Below are positions 52,529 through 64,000 of a stretch of 64,000 bases of DNA, piece by piece. The stretch covers positions 6,324,001 through 6,388,000 of the forward strand of contig CM120645.1 in assembly GCA_051362555.1 (NCBI GenBank). Reading direction: 5' to 3'. The stretch comes from Lingula anatina (lineage: Eukaryota > Animalia > Brachiopoda). Positions within the stretch are counted from its first letter, which is position 1. Every line of letters starts with the position of its first letter. The notes under the pieces are model-generated. The model was not told the origin of the DNA, did no database searches, and saw only the letters and a program-made list of their open reading frames with translations. A program made the translations under genes and the position numbers.

Positions 52529-53127
52529 TTTCAATCAGGTTATAACTTGATATAACACCTGTCGTTTTGCCTCCAATACACTAATACACATTTTAAATTT
52601 GTTTTCATTATATATATACCAGTAGAATTACCTATTTGGGTGCAATATCACATTCTTCATTTAAAATATTACATATTTTACTGCTGCATTTCTAGTATCA
52701 AGTAACAGTAATTGACAATCAACCAAACGAAGTGTTGTATAATTACAAAACACATAAGCTTAAGACCAAATTGCAGTGGCAGTTATTGGTAATTTTCCAT
52801 CCAGAATATGTATAGTTTCCATACAGCATGCAAGTTATGGGTATATGCAATATGTCTTACGAGGCAGACCACTGATTTCTATTATCACTGTTCAAGAGCA
52901 TGGGGGGGGGATAATATTACAGGTACATTTTCTGCATGAAAAGGTGAGGATAATATATATTGTATGTAAATACATTTTAAGCAGCAAAGGCAGCTACTTT
53001 GAGTCTTCTAAAGACTGCAAATAAAATCCTTTTATCAGTGTCCAGTAATCAGTCCTTATTTCAATCTCCAAAGAATAATCAGTTCTTAATTCCATCTCCA
53101 ATGGAAGACACATGTTCACAGCTATCC

Positions 53128-56100
53128 TTATAAACCATAGTACATGCCACTATCATCTGGGGGAGGGTGGAAGAAATCATTCAACTGGTTCTTGATCTGT
53201 TGGAATGATGGACGCTTGCTTGGATCATGGTACATGCATTTCAGCATCACTTGGTTGTAGCTGCAATGTATAAATTGATGAATAGCAGGAAAGTTTTGAT
53301 CTCTGGACTTAAAGCAATATTGTCATTCCCTTAATCTGTGAGCTAAGAAATGTATTATATGCATTCACACTTATCAAAATCACAACTAACGCAATTTGAA
53401 CGACTGGAGGCTCAACTGGTCAAACACACTTACATATCATCTGGGCATTCTACAGGCTTGTCAGGGCGGGTTCCACTCTCCAGCAAGGTTATCAGTTTGT
53501 CCTTGTGTCCAGTAGGATAAGGAAGATCACCTAAAAAATCAAGCACAATCTGGTTATTGTTTGTGTTAACAGTGTGTTAGATGTGAAAGTCTGTTGGGTT
53601 GAAAACGACTTTGCAGACGGATGTTTTACTGTTTTTAAATAGTTATTAAAATATATCAGAAAGCTAGGAAGCATGAAATTTAAATATTTAGATACAGACA
53701 ATTTTTTGCAGTAGACTCACCCAGGCTGTATATCTCCCATAAAGTGATACCAAAGGCCCAGACATCAGAGGCAGTAGTATAATACAGCTGAGGATCCTGC
53801 AGAATTTCCAAGGCCATCCATTTGGTGGGTAAACGACTCTGATGATATAGAAATACAATGTCTCATGTACTATCTTTTATTAAAATAATTTCTATATCAA
53901 TATCTCACAGACTGCAAAAATCTTTCTATGAAAAATATCAATTACATAATTAGTTTGCTCAATTTTTATTATCTCACACTTCTGTTAAAAAACAAAATAC
54001 CTTACTTTTGGCTGCATCTTTGTAAGAAAAATATCAAGCCATTTTTATAGCGCATACTTTCTCGTTGCTACACTTGTTAGAAAGCAAAATACCTTGTTTT
54101 TGGCTGCATCTTTTTCCTCTGGACCAAATCCCATCACCTTGGCAACCATTTTACCATTAAGGAGGACATTCTTGGACATCAGCCTCTTGTGGACAATCTT
54201 GAAAGAGAAAAAGTACGAAAGTGCAAGAATATAATATCAAGCTTGGTAAAATAAATTCAGGACTGAAAAAGAACATAATGTACACATAACAGTGACTGTA
54301 GTAAACAAGGACAAGTCACATGATTGCCTTGGATATAAAATTCACTGATGTCAGGTAAATCCTCTACTACTTTTCTTATGAAAAATAATGATATCTACAA
54401 GAAACTGTGCCCCCCCCAAATATCGGGGAGAGACTGGAAACACTGTTATTATCAAGATTTGTAAGTTTTAAAAGTTTTCAACTTTCAGTCTAAAAATTGG
54501 ATCCTGAGAAAGTCATTGAATAAGACTAATCGTGGTCATGAAGTTGACATAAAATTTGTGACATAATTATTTACCAGGTTATTACTCAGATGTTCCATCC
54601 CTGCTGCTATTTGTACAGCATACTCTGTCATACGATCAGCAGTGTCAGCGCTCAGTTCGCCTCCCTTTGCCTTCTGGGCCAGCAACCAGTCACGCAGTGA
54701 ACCATTTCTGCAATACTCCATGACCATGTATGGGCCTGTAACAAATATTGATTGCCACTGCAATATGGTATTTCACCTCAAAGAAAATTATCCCTCTTTC
54801 TTGTAAAAATTTTATACTGAGAATGCATACAATGAAAAACATATAGTCATAGGTATCTAATAAAAATTCCATGTTTTTATACAAAAAGCTATATTGGAAA
54901 TGCCTGTATTGATGCAGAAGCAGAAATTGATCAAAGTGGAAATAAATGAAGCTCCTTTTCATTGCATACTAGTAGATATTATTTTCTTTGAGAATCAGAT
55001 GGGTAAATTTGGATCAAATACTTGCCTTTTCCACAAATGGCACTTTATCTGCTACTTTGTTACAAATGTGTAGGAAAATATTCTGATATTGACTGTACTA
55101 GTGCTGATTTTACAACTGATTCCAAAATAAGTAAGACTGGACAAGGCACTGGTCATTCTTACCAGTCTGAAGGTCATCGGTCACCTTTCCGAGCATGGCC
55201 AGAACATTCTCATGATGAGGAACATTTCCAATGAACTCTATCTTATCCAACATCAACTGCCTGTCTGCCTTGCTCTTGGCATCTGAAAAGTTTGGGATTA
55301 ACAGAAGAGCATGTTTTTTAAATAAAATTACAACCAAGGTTTAGAAAACTGTTTGGCTTTCATTTCACATATAATCATCATAGGATTCTAAATGTCATTG
55401 TATAATGAAGTATAACTGACATTTTATGTTACAATAAATATACAGTAATGATTTTTTTACAAATACATAAAGCAAATTGGCCAACTGTGAATGTCAGCTT
55501 CCTCATATTATATGATTATCACAAAGACAGTAGTCTAAAGATAAATTTTACCTTTCAATACTTTTGCAATAACTGCCATAGAATTCTGTCTATCAGGAGT
55601 CCACTCAGCATGCCTAATTATGGCAAAATGTCCATTGCAGAGTGTGTCTCCCAGAACAATATGGCTGCTGGAAATTTCCACACTTCTGCCGTATGCCTCA
55701 CTCTCATAGTAAATGCCCTGGTCTTGATCTTCATCATATGTGTAGTTATTGTACTATAATGTATAAAAGTCTTTATAACAAATGAGAAGTTTACTACACT
55801 TAATTCACCACTGAAGTGGATCGAGGTTATGTACTGGCAGAATGAAATATCAATACATGTACAAATCAATTACTAGTACATGTACATGAACATGTAGAAT
55901 TTTTGCTATGAAGACATGCTCGAGCATAAAAAATTAAGCAAAACAGTTTCATTTTTAGCTGTATATCATATATGAACTTTACCAAAGTGTAAAATATCTG
56001 GAATATTCTTTATATATTCAACATTTACTATTGGCATTCAAACTGGAGTGTGTTGGGCTAAGAGCAAAATTATGTGAGCTAAATCACAGTAATATTTTAA

Positions 56101-59100
56101 TATATGAATCAAAGCCCCCTAGCATTTTAATGCATGATCTCCCAGTTTTACATGCATGCAGACCTTCAGACTTTTAACAATAATAATAACTAGAGGATCA
56201 GAGAGGCGATACCGCCTCCGGATATTGTACCACCAGCTGGAGTAAGGCATTCGTATGGAAAACCAAAAAAAAAAAAAAAGGAACACCACCACCAGGGTTG
56301 TGCTTGACAAGCTCTTTAAAATGCAACAAACAAGAGTTCTCAAAATATGCAAAAAATGCAATAAAACATAACGTAAAAATGGTCCAATGATGTGTTTTTT
56401 CCAATTGACCTGCATTTTCCTAACATTGATCACTCCTGTGATTTTCTAGACAATAGGCCTGTTGGTTTTCCTGGAAATGTATTATCAGTGTTGCATATAT
56501 GCTGACAAAAGAAAAAAACTAGGGGCAACAATGGGCATATCTCTGCTAGTTTTGAAGATATGAGTGGCAAGAAAATATGCAAAGTTCAGTTCATGATAAA
56601 AAAGTAGATCAAAGGTCAATTTCAAGGTCACAGTTTATGACTTCCTATTCAGGTTCAATAGTATCTATGGGCATTTCTTTGCCAATATTGAAGATATAAA
56701 GGCCAGAAAACATGCAAAGTACAATTTGTCGTAAAAGGAAGGCCGAAGGTCAATTTCAAGGTCACAGTAAGATTGCCAGTATATGACTTCAAATTTAAGT
56801 TCAATAGTAACTATGGGTGTCTCTCTGCCAGGTTTCGAGATATTAGGGAGAGAAAATTTGCAAAGTTCAGTTCATGGTTAAAAGTAGGTCAAAGGTCAAT
56901 TTCAAGGTCACAGCTAGTAAGATTGCCAGTATATGACTTCCTTCTGAAGTTCAACAGTAGCTATGGGCGTATCTCTACCAGTTTTAGAGATATAAGGGCT
57001 GGAAAGTTTAGGTCATGGTTAAAAGTAGGTCAAAGGTCAATTTCAAGGTCACAGCTAGTAAGATTGCCAGTATATGACTTCCTTCTGAAGTTCAACAGTA
57101 GCTATGGGCGTATCTCTACCAGTTTTAGAGATATAAGGGCTGGAAAGTTTAGTTCATGGTGAAAATAAGGTCAAAGGTCAATTTCAGGATAATAGTAAGA
57201 TTGTCAGTATATGACTTCCCATTCAAGTTCAATAGTAACTATGGGCCTATCTAAGCCAGTTTTGGAGATATAAAGGTAAAAAAATTGCAAAGTGTAGTTC
57301 ATCATGAAAAGAAGGTCAAAGGTCAATTTCAAGGTCACAGTAAGATTCCTAGTATATGGCTTCCTATTCAAGTTCAATAGTAACTATGGGCACATCTCTG
57401 CTAATTTTGGAGTATTTCGGATTTTATTTTCACCACTGAACATTTGATTTTGAACTTTTTGATATAGTGCAATGCCTAATATATCGAAAAAACAAAAAAC
57501 AGACACCACCATCAGTGTTGCACTTGACAAGCTCTACAAAATGCAAAAAACAAGAGGTCTCTAGCATTAACGGTTCCAGAATTAGAGAGAGTTTTCAGTT
57601 TCAGCATCTAATGGCCGCTACTCCCGTAAAAATATATGAAAGTACTAATAAGTCGTAAATTATTTAAAAGTTGGCTTGTTAAAAATGTTTCAATTACATG
57701 AGTTACAAGAATAAAGACGATTGTGGATTGCATCGTTATTTCAAAGATTTCTATCCCCCCTGTAGTTATTGCAGCACATCATAATGGTGTTATATTACTT
57801 AACAAACCTTTTGATTTAATGACATGTATACCCTTCATGGGAAAATTTTAGAGGCGTGGCATTAACAAAATAAACTGAATAGGAGGCAGTTTTAATGGAT
57901 TTGTTCTTTATTTTTTTGTCTCATTAAAATACCTATGTTCTGTACTGTTGCTTGATATTCTACTAGCAGTCTACTTAATATATAAGTAAAGTACACTTAC
58001 ACCTGCAGTTGCATTTCCTCGCCTGTTTTTTGGTCTCCAGAATTTCAACTTTTCGTCTTTCCATAACCAAGGATGACCACGTCTCCGCCGCACAACTGCC
58101 ACGGCTCCCAAAGCAACCACAGCTACAGCCAGGATGATGAAGAAGATTGGCACTAAAATATATAAGTCAGGTTTAAATTAAACCTATAAAATGAAAACCA
58201 TTAAAAAAACAAATATAGAAATATAAACATGTAGACCTAACTAACAACCCTCAGCAAAATGAAAAGTTTCTACATGTAGCTACAAACAAAATTGCAGTAA
58301 TATTAAGTTTGCAGGTGTTTGCAAGAAATTCAAGTTCAATAGTAACTATGGTCCTATCTCTGCTAATTTTGGAGTAATTCACATTTTATTTCATCATTGA
58401 ATATTGCATTGTACTTTTTATATAGCGCAACGCCTAAACTGTATCGAAAACAAAAAGTGGACACCACCTCCAGTAAGTTCTACACATTGTCAAAAATAAA
58501 TGGTCTGGCATTTACGATTCCAGAATTAGAGAGAGTTTTTAGTTCGGTATCTATAATGGCTGCTTCTCCCATGAAAATGCATGGATTGACCCCAAACTCC
58601 TAAAGATGACAGGAGTCCCTGATTGTAACCCCACACCATAATATGAGAGCTTAGGTCTGTGTAGTTTCTGAAAATTGGTACAAACAAATATTTTTTTAGC
58701 AGAAAATTCCCATTTTTAGAAAATTTTGGTCCGTTTGACCTTGAAATAAAGGTCGAAAATCAAATCTCAGGGCATATTTGGAATCCCCACATATGGCTTT
58801 AAAGAAGCAGTAAAGGTAACTTGTATCCCCGATACCCTGCAGAGCCAACAGAGCCGGCGAAGCCCGCAGAGCCGTACGAGACTGGCCATGAGTACCGCCA
58901 GCATACACGCTGGTGGTACTAATAATGTAGACAGACAAACAGACAGACACTTACACACTGTAGATATGCAGATAGCATGTCTGGGTCTATAAATACCAGG
59001 GGTGGATGGGAGCTGTCTTCTGGGTCTTCCAGAGGGTCAGTTTTTTCTAGTTTACACTGACCAGCATCTGTTTTTTATTTTAATTAATTTATTTTTTTTT

Positions 59101-62100
59101 TCAAAAATGGAGGATGAATCAAAAAAGATAATTTGGAAGACTGTCAGAAAATGTCTTTGGATATGCCCATTAAATACTGTACTGTAGAAAAAAGTGACAT
59201 ACATGTTAGAAGTCCACTTTGATCCCCTCCACCATCACTTGGTGCATTTCCAAGCAAAGCTGCCACTCTCGGACTGGTCAAATCAATATCTTAAAAGATG
59301 AAAAGTACACTCATTATATCTGATAAATTGAAAGAAGAAATCAACATAAAATATTAGCCTGTCAAATATTAATTCCTACCTTTTGTAACCAATTTGTTTG
59401 AACCAACAAACATTATCATCATTACGCCTGTCACATGACTACAGTGACAATAACTTCAATTACAGGAGGAAATCTATGGAAGTATATAGCTTTTTTGTAA
59501 AAACACAATTATTAGTTTATGAGAATTATAAATAGATTGCATATGTGGAGATGGCAAATCTCTAGAAGCATTATGTGCTCTTCCTAAGATGACTTTTAAA
59601 TGTAACCAATTATATAATAAATATATATTTGTTATAGAGAAGAAAAGAAAAAAAGTCATATTATGATAAATGCAGAAATAATCATTTTAAATATTAGTTG
59701 ATTACAGGGGGGGTTGGAGGGTTTGGTACATCGGAGGCAGCTGTGGGAGGGAGTAGGCAGTGGGCAGATAGCTAGATGAAATGCAGGTGCGCATACCATA
59801 TAATTTTTTCCATTTGTTATTTGTGAAAACTACAACTGGGTGAATCAAAATATGCAGTTTGAATATCCTACAATGTTTGAGTTTCAGACATTTACCACGT
59901 CTCACTCTAATATTATTCCCAGCCTTATCCAGCACTTGGAGCACAACTGTAAATGCAGCTTTATCACTTTTCACATCATATGTTGGAAATCTTTCTCCAG
60001 CTGTCCAAGAGCCATTTGCAAGAGGAGCATCCTCCAATCCTATCTTCTTGGTACCGAGGTAGCTGTATATGAAGTAGTGGAAATTTGCAATACCAGACAA
60101 TGCATCCTTCCAGTTATCACCCCATGATAAGGTCAAAAGTATTTCTTTCTGAAAATGAAACAAAATGCATGAAAAGGATCAAAGTATTGCCAGTATATAC
60201 AATTTTCAACAAATACTTATAAAATATAGTTTGAACTGGCTAAAGAAAATGAGAAATTTTTCATAATGTTTTTTTCCCATTTACATTTATTTGTCAACTT
60301 CACCTTAAGTTATTCAAACATAAAAAAACATTGCAGCTTTCAAATCCAAATCATTTCTTTTTCTGTCCAAGATTCTGCACCTTTTTTTCCCCACTACAAG
60401 CCTTCGATCATGTGTGATATCAAAAATGGATTTCTTTTTGTAACCAGTGACGTTGAATGTTCTTTAGATGACATAGGCAAGCCATAAATGTTTCATTGAT
60501 CAAAAAACTTGAGGGCAAAAAAGGGGGGAAATAAAAGCAGTGAGGGCAAGATCAATCCCCAAGTATATACCATCCTTTCAAGTGCAACTGACCTTATTAA
60601 CACTTATTTGTTGTCCAATTGCTACTTTCAATTCTTCATCTTCACATTTCCCAGAGCCAGCAGCACAGTTATAATACGGAGCCTCTGTATCATAGTGGAT
60701 GTTGATTTGGTGCTGAACTGTTTTTCCTAGGTATTTAATGTTTTGCCCAGAAATAATCTTGTGGCCACCATTTTCAGCTTTGAGGACAATTTTTAGTCTG
60801 AAAAATTGACAAGTCAATTTTTTTTTTTTTTTTTTGGGGGGGGGGGGGGGGGGGGACTAGTGTCTAGAAAGCAAATATATTTCTCCTAACTTCAATTCTT
60901 GTTTTAAATATCACTTAAATCCACTAATGCTGCACTTTAAAGAAAAAGAATTTCATGATTAATTGAAAAAAATCCATATCAATAACTATGCCTTACTTGT
61001 CCCGGTCTTTTCTAGAACCAGACAGTCTGTGGGTTTGGCTGCAGGATACAAAGGACTCCAAAGAGGTGTCAGCTTTAAGACAGTCCAGGGTAGCCTCTTT
61101 CTTTGTGATGCCACCTGGTATCAGCATTAAATAAATTGAGAAATAATATCTTTAAAATTTTGAATTGTGAAAACTATGATTCAGATTGCAATATTTAAAA
61201 ATTATACAATGTTTATTTTTGCTGCCATTTGTCAAAATACACCTGTTATGCTACTTTTGTCATCATAATCGATCATCATCAATTTATATGGAGTATTTCT
61301 TTTATCTATAACATTGTATTCTATGCTTTCTTAGAATGTAGAGAGCCTACAAATGTAAAAATATTATTGGGCTCAACCAAATGTTATAATAATTTATGTA
61401 TGAATGTATAATAGCTTTCTTTTTAACTTTGAGCTGAAAATCCTACCATCTGACTCAATTTCTAGTTCAGCCTTAGATGAAACAAGTCCTATCCTGAAGT
61501 CTGATACAGATGGTGGTCTAGATGGCAAATCCCCTATCATTCTGTACTCAGCCTCCCACGACAACTTCAAATATGCCAAATCAAGCCTATTGGTGAACAT
61601 GTTGATGATGTTTGATTCTACTGCTGCATTCTCATACATAAAGGGAAGGCTGTCATTTGCACTCAGCATAATCTGTATTGTCTTGATGGTAGGATCCTGG
61701 ATATCTCCACTGACTAAAATTAAAGAAATTACACAGCAAAATCATGATGTTCAGAATTTTAATTGACTAATATGTAAAATGGATATTCAAATAAAGACAC
61801 AAAGCATCAGCCCAGCAGGCATAGTGACATTGGATTAATGTTGAAAACAGGTTGGGCCAATGTAGAATCAATGTTGATCCAGCCACATCAAAATGCCTAC
61901 ATAATGTGACCTTGATTCAATGTTATAATTTGGTCATCTTGATGCAAGACATGAATCGTAATTTGAAATATTATTGAGTCGATGTAGGGTCAGTATTATT
62001 AATTATTAAAAACATGACACATTGTTTATTTAAAGCCTATATATGAAATAATGTATTAAAATGAATTTACGACAGCTTCATGGTATATGTTGCCAAGGGT

Positions 62101-63953
62101 GATAATTAATTCTAGCCTCTTGACATTTATGACAGTGCTGCATAGTCCACCTCAGGCTTGTTTTACATTAAAACAAATTCACAACAGTGCTGGCCAAACT
62201 TGTGCACTGCAAGTTGTAGAATCTTTGGACTATTGTTACCGAAATAACTAGAAGTTAATGAAAGCTTAAATAAACTATTATACTGAATACTCCACCATCA
62301 TCCTGATGTTCTATTGTTCATTACTTCCCGAAAAGATAAAATAACATCAGTGCTGTAACAAACTTTATCAAAATATTAAAAATAGTGCTTTTATTAGTAA
62401 AAGTGATAGTTGTGTGGTTTCTATAGTGAATAAGCAAATTTCCCCAACTTGTTTTTCAGAAATACATTTTAATAAATTCCCTCATAAGGTCAGCTCAGTC
62501 AAGGATGATTAAGTTCGGCTGTAAATGTGATTGATTGTTTATGATGTTGATAGGTCAGGGTAACCTGTTATAGATAATAAATAGACATAACCAGCTATTC
62601 TTAGTGTGACTTTCTTATACATGTATATATAAAGCTAAATTGTTGAAGGTCGTACATATACACATATATTTAGCCGCATGCTGCATGCTAAACACATTCA
62701 GGCTAAAAGCGTGTAACATGTGAAAGAGCTAAACGCGTTAAAAATGAGACAAAACAGGCACTTAGAAATGTGTTTAACAGTCTACATTATATTAAAAAAA
62801 TTTTCAGGTCATTTTAAAGATGCATACAAAGTCAATTTTTGTCATAAAAAAATGACCAAATGCCAGCATATAGTTTCAAGTAGTATATAACTAAGAGAAT
62901 TGCCAAAAGGCATTGTTTAATTTTACCCGAAAATGATGTTTGAACAGATTTTTTTGCTGGCATTCTAAGCTGTATGTCAATGGGGCAGAAAAGTACATGT
63001 AGGTCACGAAAGTAGGTTAAATTTCTGACCAAAAATTTAAAGAAAGGAGCAGTCTCAAGCTCTTTTATGGCTGATCGAGTGATCTTTTCAGTTGGCATGT
63101 CGAATTTATTTGAGTCGTATAAGAAACCTAGTATAAGTGGTTTACACATGTAACTGGGAATCCACGCTCCACCGATGCTCAGTTCGTACAGGTGTATGCA
63201 CCTTTAATGTCTTTTGATCCAAGAATATTGTCTAACAACTGGGGTTGATACAATATTGTTATATGACATTGATCCAATTTTTAAATCCAATGTTAATCCA
63301 ACGTCTTGTCAACGTTGAAGTTAAACGTTGTATTAATATTGAAACAACACAATTTGCACGCTAGGAGTATTCTTAAGAAAAATGAGTTTGTAATTGAAAA
63401 ATTTCAAAACATGTGACAAATTATTTATACTTATATATATTCATATAAAAATTGATAAATTGGCATAAGCTTAGAAAGTGGCTTAAAAAGATTCCAGATC
63501 GTTTTGTGCTGTGCAAGCCAAAGGATACAAATGAATGGGCACTTGAAATTTTCTGTGTCTAAAAACAAAGAAAAATCTTACTTGTATTACAGTTATCCCC
63601 ACTAAATCCAGCTGTGCAGATACATTTTCCAGTGTCAGGGACACAGAATCCTGGGTAACAGTTTCGACTGCGACAAAAATCTGAATATCATAAGAAAAAA
63701 AAATTTTTTTTTGAAACACTAATGACATACTTCATTTTAAATTTGGCACAAATAACAACTTGTGAACATTCCAACAGTACAGTTCTGACAGAACTCCATC
63801 AAAAATAAACAGTAAATTTCCTTTAAAATATTTATTCCCAGGCATGAAATAGGCATGAAATAGTATCACTGACACTTGAGGTGTCATTGGATATATTGTT
63901 TGGGTGACACTTACTTGGACTAACAGTAGGGAGGTGCTCATCAACATTGATCT
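53128..63953 (-). CDS. Gene C: EMI/EGF receptor tyrosine pseudokinase paralogue, exons 10-24 (5' end off-window)
   Basis: Exons: 63915-63953, 63582-63680, 61447-61713, 60997-61114, 60593-60797, 59896-60148, 59203-59289, 58001-58152, 55552-55753, 55163-55282, 54575-54735, 54093-54197, 53721-53838, 53434-53530, 53128-53260. Sizes are identical to gene B, frames are open, and it ends in the same YYGL-stop. Confidence 0.9.
56189..57630 (+). mobile_element. 3'-truncated HINE-like element with tandem repeats
   Basis: Same 5' end and repeat unit as the 39509 element; explains the repetitive ORF 56773-57162. Confidence 0.75.
58001..58152 (-). CDS. Gene C transmembrane exon
   Basis: [21 protein letters not shown] then RRRR. 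Confidence 0.9.
58329..58926 (+). mobile_element. 5'-truncated HINE-like element
   Basis: Last repeat fragment plus 3' body and GTACCGCCAGC..GCTGGTGGTAC hairpin. Confidence 0.7.
61811..63365 (-). mobile_element. Longer, diverged CCCAGC-family element in gene C intron 11
   Basis: CCCAGCAGGCATAG start, CACGCTAGG end, AG on both sides; paralogous empty site in gene B at about 39020. Confidence 0.75.
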
Positions 63954-64000
63954 CTGAAAAATAAATGACACACATTGTCAAAATATTTATACCCTTAAAA

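Noticed and set aside
56773-57162. 129-aa ORF with a repeated peptide
   Set aside because: It reads through satellite-like units of the HINE element.

Overview
AT-rich eukaryotic (probably marine invertebrate) genomic DNA. It carries a head-to-tail, minus-strand tandem array of three paralogous multi-exon single-pass receptor genes, here called A (171-25652, last two exons off-window), B (32866-48613, complete, 24 coding exons, 1154 aa by manual splicing) and C (53128-63953, 5' part off-window). The architecture is signal peptide, EMI domain, EGF, then two copies of [EGF + about 280-aa unrecognised module], TM helix, acidic Tyr-rich juxtamembrane segment, tyrosine-kinase-fold domain and a C-terminal YYGL tail. 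In all three copies the kinase lacks catalytic residues (HRD to HKR, DFG to GFG, alphaC Glu to Lys, degenerate Gly loop) yet is strongly conserved, so these are receptor pseudokinases. The N-terminal signal+EMI exons differ sharply between A and B (about one third identity by hand count), including co-loss of a disulfide pair, while EGF-to-kinase exons and even upstream non-coding DNA stay alignable. This suggests a diversifying recognition-receptor family. Introns and spacers are packed with non-autonomous DNA transposons (CMC/EnSpm-, Harbinger-, MULE-, Zator-, Kolobok-, Tc1/mariner- and Helentron/HINE-like), several nested. All exon calls and counts were made by eye; TE superfamily names are inferred from termini and TSDs.
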